Origin: an uncultured Bacilli bacterium
Lineage (GTDB): Bacteria > Bacillota_I > Bacilli_A > RF39 > UBA660
Assembly (NCBI GenBank): GCA_947630955.1
Contig: CANRJK010000003.1
Location: 1 to 40,072 of the forward strand
DNA: 40,072 bases
Reading direction: 5' to 3'
This document shows, one piece after another, positions 1 through 8,142 of this stretch (its first letter is position 1; the number at the start of each line of letters is the position of its first letter). The notes under the pieces are model-generated. The model was not told the DNA's origin, searched no databases, and was given only the letters and a program-made list of their open reading frames with translations. Made by a program: the position numbers and the translations under genes.

Positions 1-87
1 ATTTAACTTATTATACTCTTAATCAGACTTATTTCCGTTTTTTTATTAAAAACGGAATTTCAAATGAAAATTAACGTAAAAGATAAT

Positions 88-116
88 AGCTAATAGTATC
101 CTATTGGCTTTTTTTT
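88..116 (+). terminator. Intrinsic terminator, probably of an upstream gene whose 3' end may be the open frame at 3-74
   Basis: Hairpin AGCTAATAG-tatc-CTATTGGCT followed by a T run. Confidence 0.6.
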
Positions 117-152
117 AAATTTATGATACTATTAGAATACGGAGGGTTCAAT

Positions 153-935
153 ATGAATGATGTTCCAATAATAGTTAATGGAGATTTAAATATGGGGAAA
201 GAACCTAAGAAAAAAGAGCCAGAAAAACTTCCTCAAAAAAGGTTTGGTTTTATGGATTTATTTTTAACACTTATTGGTTTAGTATTAATTATTTATGGTA
301 TTACTAGTTTAACTGCTAAAAAAGAAAAAGAAGAACCAGATAATGATATGTATAAAAAGCAAGTTAATATTAATACTGTTACTAACTATGTTATTTTACC
401 ATTAGAAGAGTTTAATAATTTATATACTAGTGATGATATTAAAGCAATGAAAGATGGTCTTTTAGTAAATAATCTTTCAAATAACGCTAAACTAGCTTTA
501 GCGAATCGTATAACTGTTCAACATAATATTAATAACGAAGTATATGTTGAAGAAAAAGATTTAGATGCTAGTATGAAAAAGATATTTGGTAGTAATATCG
601 ATTATATTAAACAAGCTTTTTCTTATGGTAATAGAGTATATACTTATAATCAAGCTACTAAAAGATATTATTTATTAGATGATAGTCAAAAAGTTAATTT
701 TGATTATCGCAAATTTAGTTATACGAAAGATGATTTAAAAGATGATAATTTGCTTATCAAAGAATATATTGCTTATACGGATAAAAATGGTAGTTGGACT
801 TTAGATGATACGAAGTTAGATCTTATTATTGATGATGATAATATTGAACAAAATTATCAGCTTCTACATTATTTTGAATATACGTTTAAAGAAAATAAAA
901 CAGGATATGAACTTATTAAAATAACAATTAAATAA
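153..935 (+). CDS. Membrane-anchored hypothetical protein (one N-terminal TM helix, extracellular domain)
   Basis: GGAGG at 141-145 favours ATG 153 over 123; hydrophobic stretch FMDLFLTLIGLVLIIYGITSL; C-terminal similarity to the next ORF. Confidence 0.7.
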   Translation: MNDVPIIVNGDLNMGKEPKKKEPEKLPQKRFGFMDLFLTLIGLVLIIYGITSLTAKKEKEEPDNDMYKKQVNINTVTNYVILPLEEFNNLYTSDDIKAMKDGLLVNNLSNNAKLALANRITVQHNINNEVYVEEKDLDASMKKIFGSNIDYIKQAFSYGNRVYTYNQATKRYYLLDDSQKVNFDYRKFSYTKDDLKDDNLLIKEYIAYTDKNGSWTLDDTKLDLIIDDDNIEQNYQLLHYFEYTFKENKTGYELIKITIK

Positions 936-944
936 GGTGATATT

Positions 945-1730
945 ATGAAGAAAAAAAGGGAACATAATTATGGATTATTAGTCTTAGCTTTTTTACTAGT
1001 TAGTGCGGTTATTTTCTTTATTAATTATGAAAAACAATTAAATAAACCTGTCAAAAAAGAAGAATTAAAAGAGAAAGTTACCCATACTGATGAAGAGATA
1101 AAAAGTTTATATGATTCAGTTAATTTAACATATAGTGAAGATCAAGTTATGACTAGCAATGATTTAAAGTCTTTAGAATCAGTTTTACAAGTAAAAGATT
1201 TTTCTAATCAATTAAGAATTATTTATGGTCTTAAAAATCAACCAAAAAAAAATTTTGGTACAGAGGGTAATTATACAGGGAATAATGCGGTTGTTGATAA
1301 AGATGGCTATAAGTATAGTGGTAAATATATTAAAGCTAGTTTTGTTAAAGATCGTTTACAACATGTTTTAGGTCCAATAACCTATACAGATCAATCGATA
1401 ACTTTACCAACGATTAAGTATGTTTATAGTAAGAATATGGATATTTATCGCCTTTTTGTCAAAGAGATCAAAGATATTCCACAAAAAGTAACTTATATTG
1501 AAAGTAGTTATGATGATAACAATATCTATATAACGGAATATATGGCTTATACTAGAGTTATCGATGGCTTTAAAACTAGTTATACTAGACATACTAAGTT
1601 ACTTCCTATTGGTATTACAAATAAAAATATAACTGAAAATTTAGATTTAATTGATAGATATCAATATAAATTTACTTATAATAAAGATGTTAAAAAATAT
1701 TTTTTAGCTAGTATTACTTATTTAAAATAA
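945..1730 (+). CDS. Membrane-anchored hypothetical protein, likely paralog of the upstream gene
   Basis: AAGGTGA RBS; basic N-terminus plus TM helix; shared motifs I(K/T)EY(I/M)AYT and NI..N..L...(F/Y).Y.F. Confidence 0.7.
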   Translation: MKKKREHNYGLLVLAFLLVSAVIFFINYEKQLNKPVKKEELKEKVTHTDEEIKSLYDSVNLTYSEDQVMTSNDLKSLESVLQVKDFSNQLRIIYGLKNQPKKNFGTEGNYTGNNAVVDKDGYKYSGKYIKASFVKDRLQHVLGPITYTDQSITLPTIKYVYSKNMDIYRLFVKEIKDIPQKVTYIESSYDDNNIYITEYMAYTRVIDGFKTSYTRHTKLLPIGITNKNITENLDLIDRYQYKFTYNKDVKKYFLASITYLK

Positions 1731-1783
1731 ACTTTAATGTTTATTTTCTTTTTTTTTGCATAAATTTTACTGGGAGGTTTGTT

Positions 1784-2986
1784 ATGTTTAAGAGAGTATT
1801 TAAAAATTATGGTTTTCCTTTAATTTTACTTATCTCAATTATTATTGGTAGTCTTATTGGTGTTATTTTTAAAGATAAAGCTACTGTTTTAGAACCATTT
1901 GGTAAAGTCTTTATTAATATGTTGTTTGTTATTGTTATACCCCTTGTTTTTTCAACTATAGCTGGTAGTATCGCTAATATGGGAAGTTTAAAAAGATTGG
2001 GAAAAATATTTAAGTACATGCTGCTAATTTTTATTATAACTAGTTTTATGGCAAGTGTCTTTATGTTGCTTGGTGTTTTAATTTTTAAACCATCAGCTAG
2101 TATTGTTGAAAGTTATGAATATACTAAAGAAAGTATTAATATTGGTGAACAAATTGTATCGATGTTAACAGTAAATGATTTTAGTAATCTTCTTTCTAAA
2201 AGTAATATGTTGCCTTTGATTATTTTTTCAATTTTATTTGGTTTTAGTGTCCGTTTATGCCAAAAGGAAGCTAAGGGTATAGCTCGTGGTTTAGTTAGTT
2301 TATCACATGTTATGCTTAAGATGATTAATTTGATTATGTATTATGCACCAATTGGTTTATGTGCTTATTTTGCTAGTTTAGTAGGAACTTATGGTCCAGA
2401 ATTAATTGGTAGTTACGCCAAAAGTTTTATTCTTTATCTGATTATGGCTTTACTTTATTACATTATTTTTTATTCCTTATATGCTTATATGAGTTATAAG
2501 AAAAAAGGCATTAAAGTTTTTTATCGCCATATTTTGCTTTCGACTATTACTTCTTTAGGTACTTGTTCTTCACTAGCTAGTTTACCAGCTAATATTAGTA
2601 CTTGTGAAGAAATGCAGTTACCAAAAGATGTCAGTGAAGTTGTTTTACCAATTGGCGCTACTATTCACATGGAAGGATCTAGTATGGCATCAATTCTTAA
2701 AATAGCTTTCTTATTTTCTATTTTTGGACGTTCTTTTTCTGGCGTTAGCGACCTTTTAATTGCACTTGTTGTAGCGGTTTTAAGTGGCGTTGTTATGTCA
2801 GGTATTCCAGGTGGTGGTTTAATTGGTGAGATGTTAATTGTATCTTTATATAGTTTTCCAACTAGAGCTTTTCCAATGATTGCAACTATCGGATGGTTAG
2901 TTGATGCTCCAGCAACTTGTCTAAATGTCGTTGGCGATATACCTAGTACAATGTTAGTATCTAAAATGGTTGACGATGAAACATGA
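1784..2986 (+). CDS. Dicarboxylate/amino acid:cation symporter (DAACS/SDF family)
   Basis: Polytopic membrane protein with family motifs TCSSLASLP, PIGATIHMEG, GIPGGG and TCLNVVGD. Confidence 0.9.
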   Translation: MFKRVFKNYGFPLILLISIIIGSLIGVIFKDKATVLEPFGKVFINMLFVIVIPLVFSTIAGSIANMGSLKRLGKIFKYMLLIFIITSFMASVFMLLGVLIFKPSASIVESYEYTKESINIGEQIVSMLTVNDFSNLLSKSNMLPLIIFSILFGFSVRLCQKEAKGIARGLVSLSHVMLKMINLIMYYAPIGLCAYFASLVGTYGPELIGSYAKSFILYLIMALLYYIIFYSLYAYMSYKKKGIKVFYRHILLSTITSLGTCSSLASLPANISTCEEMQLPKDVSEVVLPIGATIHMEGSSMASILKIAFLFSIFGRSFSGVSDLLIALVVAVLSGVVMSGIPGGGLIGEMLIVSLYSFPTRAFPMIATIGWLVDAPATCLNVVGDIPSTMLVSKMVDDET

Positions 2987-3031
2987 AGATAATATTATCA
3001 ATATAGATGCATAAACTTAATTGGTGATATT

Positions 3032-3526
3032 ATGGAATGTAAATTAAATAAACCTTATCCACCAATCAAAGTTGAAAAACCAAACTTAAAATATGCAGAA
3101 ATTTTACTTGATGCTTATGCTGGAAGTGGTGGTGAGGATACAGCTATACATGAATATCTTTTTCAAAGTTTAATAAAAAAAGATATAAGTAATACTTTAA
3201 AAGAAATAGCTAAAGTAGAGATGCACCATTTATATATTTTAGGAGAGTTAATTACACTATTAGGTGGTAAACCCTTTTTCTGTACAGAAGTAAAAAATGA
3301 TGAATGTATTAAGCCTTGGACGAGTGAATATATAAATTATACGATGAATTTTAAAAAGATGATTATAAGTGATATTAAAAAGGAAGAACAAACGATTAAA
3401 AGATATGAAGAAGATATTGTAGCGATTAATGACCAATATATTCAAAATATTTTAAGAAGAATTATTGAAGATGAAAAATTACATATTGTTTGTCTAAAAG
3501 ATATATATAGAAAATTAAGTATTTAA
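3032..3526 (+). CDS. Ferritin-like diiron/Mn-catalase (CotJC/rubrerythrin-like) four-helix protein
   Basis: GGEDTAIHEYL, EIAKVEMHH, EEQTIKRY and IIEDEKLH give the paired E...ExxH ligands. Confidence 0.75.
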   Translation: MECKLNKPYPPIKVEKPNLKYAEILLDAYAGSGGEDTAIHEYLFQSLIKKDISNTLKEIAKVEMHHLYILGELITLLGGKPFFCTEVKNDECIKPWTSEYINYTMNFKKMIISDIKKEEQTIKRYEEDIVAINDQYIQNILRRIIEDEKLHIVCLKDIYRKLSI

Positions 3527-3553
3527 TTATATAAAAAAGATACAAATTTTAAA

Positions 3554-4567
3554 TTATTGTATCTTTTTTATGGATTCATGGAAAAAAATTTTCTTTTTTC
3601 CAATCCCAAAGTAAGAATCAATTAAGTTATTAGCTCCATCTTGGTATTTCATCGGTCTTGTTTGAAGATTAAGCAGGGCTTTTATTTGTTCATCATCATA
3701 GCTATTAAGGCACATACTAATTAGATTATCTAAGATAGAAACATTATCCGTAATTAGGATATCTTTTACTTGTTTTATTTTATTAAACATATCATAATCT
3801 AGCTTTTGCATTAACATTCCTTTTTGGATGACTACCTCGCGGGTATCATCATTTCCTACTTTTGTTGGATATTCATTGATAAGATTTAATTGTTTATCCC
3901 AATTTGTTTCTAATAAAAAGACATGTAGTTTATGATCATTTTCTTTACCAGCTGCAAAGATACCTGCATACTTTCGGTACTCATGTTGGTATCTTTCACG
4001 GTTATATTCGCCATTTGTAATTACATGTTTGATAAAACCATTTATTTCGTCAAAAGGCATTATTTCAATCGTTTCATGATAATTATCTTTTTTGATATCA
4101 AGTTCAAATATGCAGCCATCTCTTAACAACTTCAAAGTAACATTTCCACTAGGTATTTGAAAATTTATTATGGGGTGAACGCGACATGAAACACCAAATT
4201 CTGTATCCATAGAACTTTTAATTAATATTTCACCAGTTAAAGTTGGTAGATTTTGTCTTATAAGTTCAAAAGAGATATTACTAGACCATTCACCAAATAA
4301 ATCTATTTTTTCCTCGATATCGATGAGACTATAGGCTTTAGCAAGATTAAAATGTGCATTTAATATATTACCATTATAATTAGCATGCATATTAACTACT
4401 CCATCACTAAAAGAGGTAATACCAACTTCTTGCATCTTATCATCAAATATTTTTATCTTAGAAAATTGGTTAATATCACTAACATTTTCTAAAATAAGTC
4501 CTAGGGTATTTAAAAAAATTCTAGCTGCACATGTATTTTGTGCAAGAGTTAAAAATTGTTCTTCCAT
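3554..4567 (-). CDS. Hypothetical protein (337 aa, soluble)
   Basis: Long ORF with AAGGAG RBS (ctcctt 4575-4580) and TG-n-TATAAT upstream on the minus strand; no motif recognised. Confidence 0.7.
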   Translation of the reverse strand: MEEQFLTLAQNTCAARIFLNTLGLILENVSDINQFSKIKIFDDKMQEVGITSFSDGVVNMHANYNGNILNAHFNLAKAYSLIDIEEKIDLFGEWSSNISFELIRQNLPTLTGEILIKSSMDTEFGVSCRVHPIINFQIPSGNVTLKLLRDGCIFELDIKKDNYHETIEIMPFDEINGFIKHVITNGEYNRERYQHEYRKYAGIFAAGKENDHKLHVFLLETNWDKQLNLINEYPTKVGNDDTREVVIQKGMLMQKLDYDMFNKIKQVKDILITDNVSILDNLISMCLNSYDDEQIKALLNLQTRPMKYQDGANNLIDSYFGIGKKKIFFHESIKKIQ

Positions 4568-4591
4568 TTTAAGACTCCTTCTTGGCGAATT

Positions 4592-4600
4592 ATTATAACA
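4592..4600 (-). promoter_or_regulatory. Extended -10 sigmaA promoter for the 337-aa gene
   Basis: Minus strand reads TG-t-TATAAT. Confidence 0.5.
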
Positions 4601-4654
4601 TACTTTTAATAAATATGGTTTATAAATTTATCTAAAAAATATCTAATTTTTTAA

Positions 4655-4684
4655 TTGACAATAAAGTAATTAAAGTGTTAAGAT
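4655..4684 (+). promoter_or_regulatory. SigmaA promoter of the lipid operon
   Basis: TTGACA (4655-4660), 18-nt spacer, TAAGAT (4679-4684) with TG at 4676-4677. Confidence 0.6.
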
Positions 4685-4736
4685 AGTTGCATATTGCAAA
4701 TATTTATAATAAAAAATACTGATAGGAAGTGAGTTT

Positions 4737-7211
4737 ATGAACATTGGCTTTGATATTGATGGTGTTCTTACGAAAATTGATGAGTATCAATTAAAAATAG
4801 GTAGAGAATTCTTTAAGAAAAAATATGACCGTGATATTATTAATCCTAATGGTTTTAGTATTCGCGAAATTTTTGATGCGACAGATGAGGAATTTATGGA
4901 TTTTTGGTCATCTCATTTACTTTCTTATTCTATTAATGAATTATCACGTACAGGCGCTAGTGAATATATTAAAAAATTAGTTGAAGAGGGTAATAATATT
5001 TTTATTATTACGTCAAGAGAGTTTACGACTAAAAATAATGCTTTAGGCTTAATTATGCGTCATCTTGTTAAAGCCTGGCTTAAAAAGGAAGGAATTCCTT
5101 ATGATGGTATAACTTTTTGTGATGAAGATAAAATTGAAGAAATTAAGAAAAATCAAATTCAAATAATGGTTGAAGATAATCCTATTAATATTAAAAAGAT
5201 GAGTAACTATATTGATGTTATTTGTATGGATGCCCCATATAACCGTGATTTAAAATTACCACGTGTTACGCATGTTACAGATTTTAAAGGTGTTTATGAT
5301 TCTGTTAATGATATACGTAAAAGAGTAAAGCAATCTTTAACAGATCCCGTTGGTGTAAAAACTAATCTTATGTCATTAGACCGTGTATTTCAAAAATTTT
5401 ATAATGAAAAACAAGCTAATTTATTTTTAACTGATGAGTCAATGTACGAATATATATATCGTAATAATAAAGATAATTTAGATGCTTTAGCAATTGACTA
5501 TTATGATAAAAAATTTACTTTTAGACAGTTTTTTAATAAAATTGAACAATGTGCGAAAGCTTTAAAGGCAAATGGAGTTAAAAGAAAAGATATTGTGTCT
5601 GTTTGTATGCCAAATACCCCAGAAGCGATAATTATGGTTTACGCTATAAATAAAATAGGAGCGGTTATACATATGATTCATCCTTTAAGTGGGGAAGAAG
5701 AAATTAAACATTATTTAGTTAAGACTAAATCAGAGTTTGTTTTAACTATTGATATGGCTGTTGATAAAATTAAAAACATTATTTCTGAAACTTCTTTAAA
5801 AAAAGTTGTTGTTGCAACCCCTGGTAATTATATGCCTTTTGCGAAAAGACATGGGTATAAAATTTTAGCGTTTATGAAAAAACATAAATTGATAGAAGTA
5901 TTAGATGATGTATCAAAGAAAATTATTAAGGGTTTAAAATTAGAAAGAAAAGATTTTTCTTTAGTTCCAAATAGTGTTCGTAAACAAATGAAAAGCGTTT
6001 CAGCTCCTTATTACGAGGGACCAACTTTTACAAGTTGGCAGTCTTTTTTAGCTAGTGGTAAGTCTTATAAGAACGAAACTTTTGCTAAATTTGAACCTAA
6101 TGAAATGGCTGTTATTTTACATACTGGTGGTAGTACTGGATATCCAAAAGGGGTTAAACTTTCTAATGAGAATATCAATGCTAATACCATTCAATTAAAA
6201 TATTCAATGCCACCATATAAAATTGGTGATAAGATTTTAGCTGTAACACCAATTTTCCATGGCTTTGGTCTTGTCGATTGTATTCACAATGCTTTTGCAG
6301 TTAATATGTCAGTTTTATTGTTAGCTAGTTTTGATATGCAAAGTTATGCAAGAGCTATTTCTAAAAAACCTTTCTTAGTTATTGGAGTTCCAACTTTATT
6401 AGATGCAACTATTAATTTACCATCTTTAGAAAAGGTGGAACAACCATTTGAAGTCTTTATTTCTGGTGGTTCACCATTATATAAAGAAAAAGAAATGGCT
6501 GCTAATGCTTTTATTAGAAAACATCATGGTAAATATGATGTTAGCAAGGGTGGAGGAATGACAGAAACCGTAGCGGCTTTCTCATATACGATGCCTGGAG
6601 CTAATCGCCTAGAAAGTGTTGGCGTACCACTACCACTTACGAATATAAAAATAGTTGATCTTAAAACAAATAAGGAATTAAAACCAAATGAAGAAGGGGA
6701 AATATGTATTAATTCTCCTACCGTCATGTTAGGTTATTATGATGATGAAGAAGAAACTAAAAAAGCCTTAAGAGTTCATGAAGATGGTAAGTTATGGTTA
6801 CATACTGGGGATATTGGTTATTTTGACCAAGATGGATTATTATACTATAGTGATCGTATTAAAAGAATGATCATTACGAATGGTTATAATGTTTATCCAC
6901 AGCGTATCGAAAAAGTTATTATGAAACATCCTGAGGTGATAGATACGGTAACGATTGGCTTACCAGATGAAAGGAAAGGTCAGGTTGCTAAAGCATTTAT
7001 CATTGTAAAAGATGGTGCTGATGAGCAAAGAGTAATTAAAGAAGTATATGATATATGTTCAAAATATTTATCAAAATTTGCTATTCCTGTTGATATTGAG
7101 GTAGTTAAAGAACTTCCTAAAACGTTATATAATAAAACCGATTTTACTAAGGTTGAACAAGATGAATTAGCAAAGATGAAGCAAAAAACACTTGGTAAAG
7201 GAGGCTTTTAA
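4737..7211 (+). CDS. Fusion of an N-terminal HAD phosphatase (5'(3')-nucleotidase-like) and a long-chain fatty acyl-CoA/AMP-forming ligase
   Basis: HAD motifs FDIDGVL, ITSR and VEDN in the first ~190 aa; adenylation motifs HTGGSTGYPKG, GGMTE, WLHTGDIG, RIKRMI and LPKT..NK. Confidence 0.85.
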   Translation: MNIGFDIDGVLTKIDEYQLKIGREFFKKKYDRDIINPNGFSIREIFDATDEEFMDFWSSHLLSYSINELSRTGASEYIKKLVEEGNNIFIITSREFTTKNNALGLIMRHLVKAWLKKEGIPYDGITFCDEDKIEEIKKNQIQIMVEDNPINIKKMSNYIDVICMDAPYNRDLKLPRVTHVTDFKGVYDSVNDIRKRVKQSLTDPVGVKTNLMSLDRVFQKFYNEKQANLFLTDESMYEYIYRNNKDNLDALAIDYYDKKFTFRQFFNKIEQCAKALKANGVKRKDIVSVCMPNTPEAIIMVYAINKIGAVIHMIHPLSGEEEIKHYLVKTKSEFVLTIDMAVDKIKNIISETSLKKVVVATPGNYMPFAKRHGYKILAFMKKHKLIEVLDDVSKKIIKGLKLERKDFSLVPNSVRKQMKSVSAPYYEGPTFTSWQSFLASGKSYKNETFAKFEPNEMAVILHTGGSTGYPKGVKLSNENINANTIQLKYSMPPYKIGDKILAVTPIFHGFGLVDCIHNAFAVNMSVLLLASFDMQSYARAISKKPFLVIGVPTLLDATINLPSLEKVEQPFEVFISGGSPLYKEKEMAANAFIRKHHGKYDVSKGGGMTETVAAFSYTMPGANRLESVGVPLPLTNIKIVDLKTNKELKPNEEGEICINSPTVMLGYYDDEEETKKALRVHEDGKLWLHTGDIGYFDQDGLLYYSDRIKRMIITNGYNVYPQRIEKVIMKHPEVIDTVTIGLPDERKGQVAKAFIIVKDGADEQRVIKEVYDICSKYLSKFAIPVDIEVVKELPKTLYNKTDFTKVEQDELAKMKQKTLGKGGF

Positions 7212-7212
7212 A

Positions 7213-8049
7213 ATGAAAGAATATAATGATAAAAAATATAAGTTTGGTCGAGCTATTAGTGCTTTAGTTGTTAATACGACACTTAAACCTCAAATGTTTG
7301 GTTTAAATAAAATACCTAAAGAAGGACCAATTATTTTCTGTGGTAATCATTTGCACGTTTGGGATCAGTATCCGGTTATGTGCGCTACTAAACATACCAT
7401 TCATTGGTTAGCTAAAAAAGAATATTTTGAAGGAAAGCTAGGTCCCGTTTTCTCATTCATGGGATGTATTGAGGTTGACCGACAGAATAATCCTCATGCT
7501 TCTAAACAAGAGGCTATTGAGTATTTAAAAGCAGGTAGTAATATTGGGCTTTTCCCTGAAGGAACACGTAATTGTCTTAAAGGTAATGATATTAAAACAG
7601 CTTATGATTTTCTTTCAAAATATGGTGAAGATGTCAATTCTTTTGAAGAGTTTGCTCAAGATGTTAGTGTCTATCAACCACGTTTATCCCAAGTTAATGT
7701 TATCCGTAATTTAGTTGATAATAAAGTAATCGATGCACATTTTATGTATAATCATTTACTAAAAGCTGATGTCTTTTTGCGTAATTTATTTAGTATGCAA
7801 GTTATTGATGAGAAAACTTACCAAGATAGTTTATTATTACCTTTTAGATATGGTGCTGTATCGATGGCACAACAGACTGATGCTAAGATTGTCCCTTTTG
7901 CCGTTACAGGTAAATATAAAATTGGTAATGATGATTTAATGGTTAATTTTGGTGAACCTTTTAAAGTTGGTGAAAGTAGTATTGAATCAGCAAATAATGA
8001 GTTAAAAGCCAAAGTCTTAAAATTATTATTAGAAAATTATGAAAGATAG
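7213..8049 (+). CDS. plsC: 1-acyl-sn-glycerol-3-phosphate acyltransferase (PlsC family) with a large internal insertion
   Basis: NHLHVWD (HX4D), FPEGTR, PFRYGA and IVP motifs; AAAGGAGG RBS at 7197-7204 supports ATG 7213. Confidence 0.8.
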   Translation: MKEYNDKKYKFGRAISALVVNTTLKPQMFGLNKIPKEGPIIFCGNHLHVWDQYPVMCATKHTIHWLAKKEYFEGKLGPVFSFMGCIEVDRQNNPHASKQEAIEYLKAGSNIGLFPEGTRNCLKGNDIKTAYDFLSKYGEDVNSFEEFAQDVSVYQPRLSQVNVIRNLVDNKVIDAHFMYNHLLKADVFLRNLFSMQVIDEKTYQDSLLLPFRYGAVSMAQQTDAKIVPFAVTGKYKIGNDDLMVNFGEPFKVGESSIESANNELKAKVLKLLLENYER

Positions 8050-8068
8050 GTTATATTGCCTATCTTTT
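8042..8068 (+). terminator. Intrinsic terminator after plsC
   Basis: AAAGATAGG...CCTATCTTT hairpin with short T tail. Confidence 0.55.
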
Positions 8069-8142
8069 AGTATATTTTTTTATCATTTTGTGTTATACTT
8101 TAGTTGATAATAGTTAAAAAATGTAAGTTTTGAGGTGATGAT

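Noticed and set aside
33-57. Inverted repeat TTCCGTTTTT/AAAAACGGAA
   Set aside because: Single copy, half homopolymer, and probably inside the 3' end of an upstream CDS; no function can be supported
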